Shown here piece after piece: positions 10,004-18,368 of a stretch of DNA of 64,000 nucleotides. The position numbers and the translations under genes were made by a program. Position 1 is the first letter of the stretch; every line of letters begins with the position of its first letter. The stretch spans positions 160,001 to 224,000 of the forward strand of contig CAWJCS010000005.1 of the NCBI GenBank assembly GCA_963841435.1, given 5' to 3'. Under the pieces are notes generated by a model. It was given only the letters and a program-made list of their open reading frames with translations. It was not told the origin of the DNA and made no database searches. This DNA is from an uncultured delta proteobacterium. Lineage in GTDB: Bacteria; Myxococcota_A; Polyangia; Polyangiales; Polyangiaceae.

Positions 10004-11106
10004 CGTTCACCGTGGAGTCGGACAACCTGCACCGGCGCGTACGTCGCTTCGCGCGCGGCGAGGGCACTGACGACTTCGATACGCTCGCGCTCGAGATTGC
10101 GCGCTACCAGGCGCGACGCTCGCCGCGCTACGCGAAGCTCGTCGCGAGCCGCGGCTCGACGCTCGACGCGGCATCGAGCATCGTCGCGGTCCCCTCCGAT
10201 GCTTTCCGGCTCGCGCGAGTCGCCGTTCACCCCGAGTCCGAGGACATGGCCCGTTTCGAGACGAGCGGCACGACGGGCAGCGCGAGGGGCGTCCACGCGT
10301 TTCGCTCGCTCGAGACCTACCGCGAGCTCGCTCTCGCCTACGGCGAGCAGGCACTGCTCGGCGCGCGACGCGGGCCACGCGTCGTCGTCAGCCTCTCGCC
10401 CGCGCCGAGCGTTCCGCAGCGCTCGTCGCTCGGCTTCATGGCGGAGCTGTTCCAGGCTCGCTGGGACGGGCGCTCGCTCGGCGGGGGCCCATTCGCCGCG
10501 CGCGCCGCGGAGCGCTGGCTCGCGGGGCCGGGTGGCATCGACGTGTCCGGCCTCGAGCTGGCGTGTCTCGTCGCCGAACGCCGCCGCGAGCCGTTGCTCG
10601 TGCTCGCGACGGCCTTCGCACTGGTGGCGTTGCTCGACGCGCTCGGCGGTCGCGTGATCCCGGCGCCATCGGACAGCACCATCATGATGACGGGCGGCTT
10701 CAAGGGTCGCTCGCGCGAGGTGGTGCGCGCCGACCTGCGCCGCTCCGTCGCGCAGGCCTTCGGCGTGTCCGAAGCACACGTGGTCACCGAGTACGGCATG
10801 ACGGAGCTCACGAGCCAGCTCTACGAGGGCACGCTGCCCGGAGCGCGACTCGCGGGGGATTCCGACGTGCTTTTGCCGCCACCGTGGCTCCGCGTCGAGC
10901 CCGTCGACCCCGCGACGCTCGAGCCGGTGGCACCCGGCTCGGTCGGCATCGCGCGCTTCGTCGATCTCGGCAACGTGGACTCGGCCGTCGCGGTCCAGAC
11001 CGACGACCTGGTGCGAAACGCAGGGGTGGGCATCGAGCTCTTCGGCCGGCGCCCCGGCGCGCCGGCACGCGGCTGCTCGCTTGCGCTGGAGGCGCTCGTC
11101 GGGTGA
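10000..11106 (+). CDS. LuxE-like acyl-protein synthetase
   Basis: FETSGTTG loop, SSL.FM, TGGFKGR, EYGMTELTSQLY, PPW, DLGNVDS..AVQTDD, C-terminal GR....RGCSL (acyl-accepting Cys); ATGA overlap. Confidence 0.9.
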   Translation: MTFTVESDNLHRRVRRFARGEGTDDFDTLALEIARYQARRSPRYAKLVASRGSTLDAASSIVAVPSDAFRLARVAVHPESEDMARFETSGTTGSARGVHAFRSLETYRELALAYGEQALLGARRGPRVVVSLSPAPSVPQRSSLGFMAELFQARWDGRSLGGGPFAARAAERWLAGPGGIDVSGLELACLVAERRREPLLVLATAFALVALLDALGGRVIPAPSDSTIMMTGGFKGRSREVVRADLRRSVAQAFGVSEAHVVTEYGMTELTSQLYEGTLPGARLAGDSDVLLPPPWLRVEPVDPATLEPVAPGSVGIARFVDLGNVDSAVAVQTDDLVRNAGVGIELFGRRPGAPARGCSLALEALVG

Positions 11107-12146
11107 GCGCGCGCGCAGAGGCACGGCGCCGTGTCGAACGTCTCGTCGAGGCCGCTCGGCTGATCGCAACACCCGGGAGCGGCCTCGGGCAACGCGCCCG
11201 GCGCGAGCTTCCGGAAACGACGGGGCTTTCCGCCCAGGGCGTCGAGCTTGCGCTCACCGAGTGCCTCGAGAGCGAGCCGACCGAGCAGGAGCTCGACGAG
11301 CTCGTCGGCGCGGCGGCCCCGGCGCGACGCGCGCACGTGCTCTTGCCCGCGAACGTTTTCGTTGCCGCACACCGGGCCATCGCGCTCGCGCTCGCGGCGT
11401 CACCGGAAGTGTTCGTGCGACCTTCGCGTCGGGAGCCGTGCTTCGCGCGTCTACTCGCCGAGGGCGCCCCCGGATTGTTCCAAATCGTGGACAACCTCAA
11501 GCCAGAGCCCGGCGACACGCTGCATGCCTACGGGACCGAGCAGACTCTCGAAAGCGTTCGCCGGGAGCTTGTTCTGGGCGTCCACCTCGAGGCGCACGGA
11601 CCCGGGCACGGCGTCGCCGTGGTCGAGCAGGAGCGCGCCACGCTCGGCGCCGCACGAGCCATTGCTCGTGACATCGTGCCGTTCGACCAGCGCGGCTGCC
11701 TGAGCCCACGCGTCGCGCTGTTCGTCGGTACCGTGGATGCCGCGCGTACGTTCGCCCAGGCCGTTGCCGGTGCGCTCGCCGAGCTCGAGGCGCGCGTTCC
11801 ACTCGGGCGGCTCGACGCCGAAGAGCGCGCCGAAATCGCGCGTTTTCGCGACACGTTCGCCTACGCGGGCGAGCTTTTTCCGGCGGGCTCGGGCTGGGTC
11901 GCCATCGGGCCCGAGCGCGCGCCCCGTGTCGCACCGGACGGACGCAATCTGTTGATCCTACCGAGCGCCGACCCCGTCCGAACCCTCGCTGGCTCGGCGC
12001 CCGAAGTGACGGCGCTCGGTCTCGCCGCCGGACAGAAGCACGAGGCCTCGCTCGCGGCGACGCTACCCCGCGCGCGATACTCCGCGCTCGGCGCGATGCA
12101 GCGGCCGCGCTTCGACGGACCCGCCGACCGGCGCGGCATGGCCTGA
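11103..12146 (+). CDS. LuxC-like acyl-CoA/acyl-protein reductase (compact ALDH fold)
   Basis: LPANVF, AYG...T, HGPGHG, DIVPFDQRGCLSP (catalytic Cys), LGAMQRP..D..D; GTGA overlap. Confidence 0.85.
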   Translation: MSARAEARRRVERLVEAARLIATPGSGLGQRARRELPETTGLSAQGVELALTECLESEPTEQELDELVGAAAPARRAHVLLPANVFVAAHRAIALALAASPEVFVRPSRREPCFARLLAEGAPGLFQIVDNLKPEPGDTLHAYGTEQTLESVRRELVLGVHLEAHGPGHGVAVVEQERATLGAARAIARDIVPFDQRGCLSPRVALFVGTVDAARTFAQAVAGALAELEARVPLGRLDAEERAEIARFRDTFAYAGELFPAGSGWVAIGPERAPRVAPDGRNLLILPSADPVRTLAGSAPEVTALGLAAGQKHEASLAATLPRARYSALGAMQRPRFDGPADRRGMA

Positions 12147-12186
12147 CTCGCCCTTCTCCCCGCCGCGCGGGGAAACGCCCGCGCGG

Positions 12187-12570
12187 CTACTTGCCGGCGA
12201 GCTTCTTGGCGCGCTCCTTGGCCGTCTCGACGATGTGCTTGGTGTCGGCGTCGGAAAACTCGAGGTGCTCCGCGAGCGACTTCAAGAGCTTCGCCTCGGC
12301 CGGCGTCTGCTTGCCGTCGGCGTGCGTGAGAAGCGCCGCGTGCGAAAGTAGGATCTCCCGGCCCTCGGCGTCGAGCGCCTTGGCGACGATGTCACCCTTG
12401 ATGGTGCGCTTCTTCTTGGCAAACTCGCGGATTTCCGCCTCTTCCTCGTCGCTCGCGCCGAATGCCCAGAGCAGGCTGTCGATCATGCCGGACTCGGGCT
12501 CCGCGAGAGACCCGTCCGCCCACGCCACGGCCACCAGCGACTTCACGATCGTCTTCTCGACAGGGGTCAT
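12187..12570 (-). CDS. TerB-family protein
   Basis: Two LVAVAWADG..E / LTHADG..E helical repeats. Confidence 0.8.
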   Translation of the reverse strand: MTPVEKTIVKSLVAVAWADGSLAEPESGMIDSLLWAFGASDEEEAEIREFAKKKRTIKGDIVAKALDAEGREILLSHAALLTHADGKQTPAEAKLLKSLAEHLEFSDADTKHIVETAKERAKKLAGK

Positions 12571-12716
12571 CCAACCGATGGTACCAGAAGCCGTTCACGC
12601 GGAGCCACGCCGCCCCGGGGCCCGTAAAACGCCGGGCGCGGGGGCGAAGCCCCCCGCCTGAAGGCCCGGTCAGGAGCGGCGCGAGCAGGCAAAACGCGGC
12701 CGGCGCCACTTCGACG

Positions 12717-14591
12717 CTAGTCGACCAGCGGTAGCCGGCGCGGGGACGCCTGCCGGTCGGCGCGGACGACGACGCTGAGCGGACCGTCAGGAAGCGGCAG
12801 ATTCTGGTTCTTCGCGTACACGGGGTGGCGGCCGCGCGTCTTGAACCATTCGGCGACCGTCGCAGTGCGCTTCATGCTCTCGACGATCTGACGGAAGCCG
12901 ACGCCGGTGTTGTAGGCGCAGAACGAGATCTCGCCGAGCTGTGTGCCGTAAGGAATGATGCACATCTCGGTGCGACGAAAGTCGTAGTTGTAGAGATCCT
13001 GGAACCACATGCCCGCCACGAACAAGAATCGCCATTCGAACTCGCCGGCGTCGCCCTCGCTCGCGCCCACGCGGTCTCCACTGGCTCCCATCTGGCTCGT
13101 TGCCTGGCGGAAGAGCTCGTAAAACGAGTAGCCCTTCGGGGCGCGCTCGGCGCGGTAGTTCCGGAGCAGCGAGAGTCCCATCGCCGTGAGCGTCGCCGGG
13201 CGGGAGAGCGCCAGATCCGCAACGGACTGCATGTCGGCGAGCACCGCCTCGATGTCGATGATCTCGGCGAGCGGCACCATTTGCTTGGTGCGCTTGTTGA
13301 CGAGCAGCACCGTGCCGATGCCGCAGTTCGGGTGACAGCCGCAGTTGAGCGCGCCAAATTGCGCGTCCTTGCCGAGCAAGAGATCCACCACGTCGCTCAG
13401 CGAGTTCATGGCCGAGAGCGGGAACCAGTCACGGTGGGGCTCAGTGGCGCCGAGCTGGCGGTGCACGTCCCAGGCGAGGTGCGAGAGCGTGTAGCGCTCT
13501 GCGAGGCGCCGCTCGTCCTCGATGTTCTCGTCGCGACCGGTGAAGCTCACGGGCTGAAACGAGACGACCGTGATCTTGTCGGCGTTGTCGATTGCGAAGC
13601 GCACGACGGGGCCGACCTGGGCGTCGTTGACGCCGTTGACGACGGTCACGACGAGCACGACGTCGATCCCCGCGGCGGCGAGGTTCTCGATCGCGCGGAG
13701 CTTCACGTCGAACAAGTTGCCCACCTTGCGATGCGAGTTCGCTTCGTTCGTGACGCCATCGAACTGCAGGTAGCAGAGCCTGAGTCCGGCCTCTCGCACC
13801 GCATGGCAGAGCTCCGGCTCCTGCGCGAAGCGAATGCCGTTCGTCGCGCACTGCACCGAGAAGTAGCCAATCTTTCTGGCATGGGCGATGGCGCGGAGAA
13901 AGTGCGGGCTGAGCGTCGGCTCGCCACCCGAAAACTGCACGCTGAGCTGCCGGCGCGGCTTCACGGACAGCGAGTCGTCGAGGATCTGCTGCACGTCCGC
14001 CCACTCGAGCTCGTGGACGAAGCCGACCTGATTCGCGTCCATGAAGCACGGGTCACACATCATGTTGCAGCGGTTCGTGAGGTCGACCGTGAGCACGGCA
14101 CCGCGCCCGTACTTGATCGACGAGGTGCCGTGCTTGCGGAGCGGCGTCGGCGGCGACTTCTGGTCACGCCCCGGAAACAAGCGCTCGATGCGGGACAGGA
14201 ATGCCGGGTCGATACTGATCACGTCCTCGAAGGCGCCGTGCTTGGCACACTCCTTCTGCATCACGACGGCACCGCCCTTTTCCACGATGTGAGCGCGGAT
14301 TTCGCCCGGGTGCTCGTGCAGAAAGGAGGACATCTCCATGGCGCCGGACAGCACCGCCGCCCGCGCCTCGCGCACGCATACCGGACAGAGCGAGTCGGTC
14401 TGCCGCGGCCAGCCGAGTGGCGGAAATGACTTTTGACGCCGTTTGGAAAGCGGCGCCGCCGCCCAGGGGGGCTTCAAGGTCTGCCCCGGAAGTCGCTCGC
14501 CGAGCGACATCACGAGCGGCCAGGCAAGGTTGGCGGCCCGGCCGACGAGCTTCTCGGTTCCGATTCTCAGGGCCCGGAGCGAAGCTGGCAT
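12717..14591 (-). CDS. Radical SAM enzyme, tetraether synthase (Tes/GDGT-MAS, MJ0619) family homologue
   Basis: TDSLCPVC...KECAKHG, radical SAM CNMMCDPC, QFSGGEPT, YLQFDG, CGCHPNCG, GMWFQDLYNYD.RR..C.I.Y.....ISFCAYN. Confidence 0.85.
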   Translation of the reverse strand: MPASLRALRIGTEKLVGRAANLAWPLVMSLGERLPGQTLKPPWAAAPLSKRRQKSFPPLGWPRQTDSLCPVCVREARAAVLSGAMEMSSFLHEHPGEIRAHIVEKGGAVVMQKECAKHGAFEDVISIDPAFLSRIERLFPGRDQKSPPTPLRKHGTSSIKYGRGAVLTVDLTNRCNMMCDPCFMDANQVGFVHELEWADVQQILDDSLSVKPRRQLSVQFSGGEPTLSPHFLRAIAHARKIGYFSVQCATNGIRFAQEPELCHAVREAGLRLCYLQFDGVTNEANSHRKVGNLFDVKLRAIENLAAAGIDVVLVVTVVNGVNDAQVGPVVRFAIDNADKITVVSFQPVSFTGRDENIEDERRLAERYTLSHLAWDVHRQLGATEPHRDWFPLSAMNSLSDVVDLLLGKDAQFGALNCGCHPNCGIGTVLLVNKRTKQMVPLAEIIDIEAVLADMQSVADLALSRPATLTAMGLSLLRNYRAERAPKGYSFYELFRQATSQMGASGDRVGASEGDAGEFEWRFLFVAGMWFQDLYNYDFRRTEMCIIPYGTQLGEISFCAYNTGVGFRQIVESMKRTATVAEWFKTRGRHPVYAKNQNLPLPDGPLSVVVRADRQASPRRLPLVD

Positions 14592-14646
14592 CGGCGCGGA
14601 GCATACACGGGGTCGGCCGCGGTGCTACCTTGGTCGGCGCACCCCG

Positions 14647-15804
14647 ATGAACCTGCTCGAGCGGCCGCTCGTCATCGTCTGCGACGTACACCTTTCGCAC
14701 GACGGGCGACGAGAGACCGGTCGCGATCTCGCTCGTTTGCTCGGGCGTCACCCGGACGCGGAAGTGGTGCTAAACGGCGACATTTTCAACCTGTCGCTCG
14801 ACCCTGCGAGTCGCGATCCCGTCGAAAGCGTCATGGGGATGCTCACTCCCGAAGCGGAGCTCAAAGAAGCTATGGGGAACCACCTGCGCGCCGGCTCGCC
14901 GATCCGCCTCCTGCCGGGCAATCACGATGCCGCCCTGGCGCTGCCGGGCCTTTCGGGCCCGTTTCTCGGCTGGCTCGGGCTCGACGAGCGGGCGCCGTTT
15001 TCGATCGTCCCGTGGTTTCTTCGGCGTGGCGGGGTCCACGTCGAGCACGGCCACGTTTACGATCCGGACAACGCGCCGAGCCATCCGCTCTGCGTGCCGA
15101 GCGCGGCGACCGAGCCGCTCGGCGTTGCCCTTACGCGACGCTTCCTCGGCCCGAACCAAGCTTTCGACTTCGCGCACGCGACGGAGATCACGCCGCTCGC
15201 GGCACTCGAGCGCGCGGTCCACGTGTTCGGCCCGAGGATGCCCATGATGCTCGCGCGCTACTTCCTCGAAGCGGGGCGCTTCTGCCACCACGCTGGGTTT
15301 AGCCCGGCGCTCGCCGACGAGCTCCGGACCGGCGACGCACGGCTGGCCGAAACGGCCGAGGCAACGGGCGTCCCCGAAGGCGAGCTACGTGCCTTGCTCG
15401 ACGATCGACCGCGCCCGACGCACGAAAGCTTCGAGCGGGCCTTCTTCCGGCTGTACTTCGATCGCGTCGCGACCACGGTGGGAGCGCTCGGGCTCGTCGG
15501 CCTCGGCCTCGCGACGCGCAGTGTGGGCGTGCTCGGCCTGGGTGCGCTCTCGGCGCTTTACCTCGGGCGATCCGTGCGAGGCGGCGCGAATCGCTATGCC
15601 GGGCTACCAGTGCGGCGCTTGCGTACCGCGAGCGAGCGCGTTCGCACGCTAACGGGAGCAAGCTCGGTGATCTTCGGTCACACGCACGTGCCCGACACGG
15701 CGCCCGGCTACCTGAACCCGGGGTCCTTCACCTACCGGAGCGGCCCGGGACGACCGTACGCGTACGTCGAGCCGTCCGGTGGCGTGAGGACAGAGCTCAT
15801 CTGA
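14647..15804 (+). CDS. Calcineurin-like metallophosphoesterase (LpxH-like) with C-terminal TM hairpin
   Basis: CDVHL, LNGDIF, GNHD, EHGH..D, FGHTH, YLNPGSF; hydrophobic pair before the last motif. Confidence 0.85.
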   Translation: MNLLERPLVIVCDVHLSHDGRRETGRDLARLLGRHPDAEVVLNGDIFNLSLDPASRDPVESVMGMLTPEAELKEAMGNHLRAGSPIRLLPGNHDAALALPGLSGPFLGWLGLDERAPFSIVPWFLRRGGVHVEHGHVYDPDNAPSHPLCVPSAATEPLGVALTRRFLGPNQAFDFAHATEITPLAALERAVHVFGPRMPMMLARYFLEAGRFCHHAGFSPALADELRTGDARLAETAEATGVPEGELRALLDDRPRPTHESFERAFFRLYFDRVATTVGALGLVGLGLATRSVGVLGLGALSALYLGRSVRGGANRYAGLPVRRLRTASERVRTLTGASSVIFGHTHVPDTAPGYLNPGSFTYRSGPGRPYAYVEPSGGVRTELI

Positions 15805-15826
15805 GGGCGCGGCGAGCCGCGCCTTC

Positions 15827-16897
15827 TCAGAAGGTGCCGGTCGCGAACAGCCCCGCGCCGTCCGTGGCGACGAGCGGCGTGAGGCGGAGCGTGGGCTCGA
15901 ACGCGGCTGGCGCGGGTTCCTTCGCGCTCTTGCTGCCGATGATGACCATGCCGACGCCGGCCGCGGCGAGCACGCCGCCGCCAATGAAGAGCACGTTCGT
16001 GACGGTGGCGAGCGACTTGGCCGAGTCGAAGTCGCTCGCGGCGCTCGTCCTGCACACTTTGTTGGAGTCGCAGGCGTCAGTCGCCTTCGTTTCTGCCGAG
16101 CGGGCCATCACGCCCGTGATGACACCGCCCACGACGGCCGCGACGCCGACGCCGGCGGTGACGAACCCGATGGTGCGCAGTGGCGAGGACTTCTTCGCCG
16201 GAGCGCCCTGATCCTGCTGGGCGGGCGTCTGCTGGGGCGGCGACTCACCGGGCTGGGCGGCAACCGCGGGCGCCGCGACGGCCGCGCCGGCCACACTGAA
16301 ATCGAAGCGATGCTCGACGGTTTTGCCGGGCGACAGCACGATCTCCCACCTCTCTTGGCGACCGTCACCCGCCGTGGCGGTGATGCTGTGAGTGCCCCCA
16401 CGCAGCCGGAGCGTCAGCGAGTCGCCCTGGAATTTGTAGGCCTGCGGGGGAACGCTGCTGCCGGCGCGCGCGTCGATGACGTTGGCGTCCGGCGAGACGG
16501 TGGTGAGGTTCACGACGGCGCTGTTGCCCGAGATGAGCAGCGAGTCGCGCTCGAGGGCCTTGCGCTCCTCGGGGTCGATGTCGTTGCCGCCGCTCTTCAG
16601 GTAGTTCGTGTAGTGCTCGAGCGCCTCGCCGTCGCGCTCGAGCTTGAGCGCGCAAAGGCCCAGGTTGCCGAGCACCTTCCAGGACCCGCTCTTCTCGTAG
16701 GCGAGCTTGAACTGGTAGTAGGCGTCCTGGTAGTTCGGGGGGGAGCTCTGGATGAGGTTGACGCCGTTGCGAAAGTAAGCCTTCGCCTCGTCCGAGATCT
16801 TGTCCTCCGCGCGAGCGATGCTCGAGCCGAAGAGGAGGGAGGCGAGCACCAGGACAGCGAGTCCGCGGCGCGCGAGGAACGTAGAAAGCATGCCCAT
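15827..16897 (-). CDS. Exported TPR/PEGA-like protein with C-terminal TM segments
   Basis: Signal peptide, TPR (AY..F..AY...VLGNLGLC..L.R..EAL..Y..YL), beta domain, two TM helices, terminal aromatic (ATGTF). Confidence 0.8.
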   Translation of the reverse strand: MGMLSTFLARRGLAVLVLASLLFGSSIARAEDKISDEAKAYFRNGVNLIQSSPPNYQDAYYQFKLAYEKSGSWKVLGNLGLCALKLERDGEALEHYTNYLKSGGNDIDPEERKALERDSLLISGNSAVVNLTTVSPDANVIDARAGSSVPPQAYKFQGDSLTLRLRGGTHSITATAGDGRQERWEIVLSPGKTVEHRFDFSVAGAAVAAPAVAAQPGESPPQQTPAQQDQGAPAKKSSPLRTIGFVTAGVGVAAVVGGVITGVMARSAETKATDACDSNKVCRTSAASDFDSAKSLATVTNVLFIGGGVLAAAGVGMVIIGSKSAKEPAPAAFEPTLRLTPLVATDGAGLFATGTF

Positions 16898-16974
16898 GGC
16901 GAGTGAGAGTGCCAGAGTGCAGGGCTTTTTTCCAGCCCGGCGCAGGTTCCGGCAGGCCTTTCGGGGCCGTTCGG

Positions 16975-17652
16975 TCACGGGCGGATGATTTGGGTGCCCT
17001 TCGGGGGGTTGAACACGAACTCCCCTGGCGGGGCCGGCCGGTTCACTTCCGTGGCGATGAAATCGAAGCGGTTGCGGTTCCCCTGGGCATCGATGAGGAG
17101 CACGCGGCGCACCTGGTAGGTTCCGATGTTGACGTACAGGATGAGGTGTTGGTAGGCAGGTGTGGGGTCGAGTGGCTCGCCGAGCAGCACGTATCCGCCC
17201 TCGAAGTTGTACTGCTTCGAGTCCCCCTTCTTGAGCTTGTGCGACTGCCGCAGGCTTCCATTGCCGACGAGGAACGCGAGCGCCGCCGGGTAGGGGCTCT
17301 TGCTCATCGGTTGCTCGAACATCTGCTTGTTTTCTTTTTCGTAAACGCGGATGAGCTTGCCGTCGGAAACGATGCGGTTGCCGTTGTTCGTGTACCGCCA
17401 GCTCATCTTGCCGGGCTTCTGGAAGATGACGGACCCGACGCCCTCCTTGGTCTTGGCGTAGGCCTTGGCGGCGTACACCTGCCGGAATCCGGCCTTGAAG
17501 GTCTTCGCCTGGTCGTAGAAGGCCTGGATGCGGTCGGCGATCTGCTCGGCCGTCGGGGCGGCCGCCGGCGGGTCCGACAGCGCGGGGGGCGCCACGCCGA
17601 ACGCGGCGGCCGCAGGCAGGAGGGCTAGAAGGGAGCGGCGGCTGAGCAACAT
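16975..17652 (-). CDS. lolA: Outer-membrane lipoprotein carrier LolA
   Basis: FKAGFRQ, G.V.FQKPGKMSWRY, IVSDGK, D..GN.N.F.F, F.F.PP.G. Start chosen 7 nt after TAGAAT. Confidence 0.88.
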   Translation of the reverse strand: MLLSRRSLLALLPAAAAFGVAPPALSDPPAAAPTAEQIADRIQAFYDQAKTFKAGFRQVYAAKAYAKTKEGVGSVIFQKPGKMSWRYTNNGNRIVSDGKLIRVYEKENKQMFEQPMSKSPYPAALAFLVGNGSLRQSHKLKKGDSKQYNFEGGYVLLGEPLDPTPAYQHLILYVNIGTYQVRRVLLIDAQGNRNRFDFIATEVNRPAPPGEFVFNPPKGTQIIRP

Positions 17653-17807
17653 CACTTTCATTCTACGTCTCGAAACGCCGGAATGTTCTTGCAGCTTGCA
17701 GGGTCGCCCGCAAACCCCTGCGGCGGATGCCCGGCTGGGGCGCACTTTGCCGGGCGTGACGCCTCACGCCGAGCGTCGGGCCGCTGCCTGGGCCCGTTGC
17801 AGTAACG

Positions 17808-18320
17808 CTAGAACGGCCGCTTCGCCGGCCGGAGCCGGGCCACGGCGCGAATGAGCGGCGCGACGCGGAGGTGCGTGATGGCGAGCGCCAGCGCGTCGGC
17901 GGCGTCCGGCGGCGGGGATTCGGAGAGGCCGAGCGTGGCGCACACGAGCAGCGTCACCTGGCGCTTGTCGGCCTGCCCGCGACCCGCCACGGTGCGCTTC
18001 ACGCGCGCGGGGGCATACTCGGCCACACCGACCGCGGCGCGCGCGAGGCAGAGCAGCACGACGCCGCGAGCGTGGCCGAGCTTCGCGGCCGCCTGTGGGT
18101 CCTTGTGGAAGAAAAGCGACTCGACCGAGCCCACCTCGGGCCGGAAGCGCTCGATGACCTCGGCGAGCCCGCGCTCGATGGCAACGAGCCGGTCGGCGAG
18201 CGGCGCGTGTGGATCGAGCACGAGAACCCCGTGGGCGCGGTGCCGGAGACGGCTGCCCTCGCGCACGACGACTCCCCAGCCTAGGCGGCGAGTTCCGGGG
18301 TCGATACCGAGGACGATCAT
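17808..18320 (-). CDS. ruvC: Holliday junction resolvase RuvC
   Basis: MIVLGIDPG, VESLFF, LGHARGV, EYAP..VK..V.G.G.ADK.QV, DAADALALAITH. Confidence 0.97.
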   Translation of the reverse strand: MIVLGIDPGTRRLGWGVVVREGSRLRHRAHGVLVLDPHAPLADRLVAIERGLAEVIERFRPEVGSVESLFFHKDPQAAAKLGHARGVVLLCLARAAVGVAEYAPARVKRTVAGRGQADKRQVTLLVCATLGLSESPPPDAADALALAITHLRVAPLIRAVARLRPAKRPF

Positions 18321-18368
18321 CCGAGGACACCTAGCATCACCTGAAAGCGTAGTATCGGTCCCGACCTC

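Noticed and set aside
10000-12146. Bioluminescence operon
   Set aside because: No luxA/luxB/luxD in the window; luxE/luxC homologues occur without luciferase.
12157-12173. Short hairpins between convergent genes (also 21886-21902)
   Set aside because: 7-bp GC stems without U-tracts are too likely by chance to call terminators.
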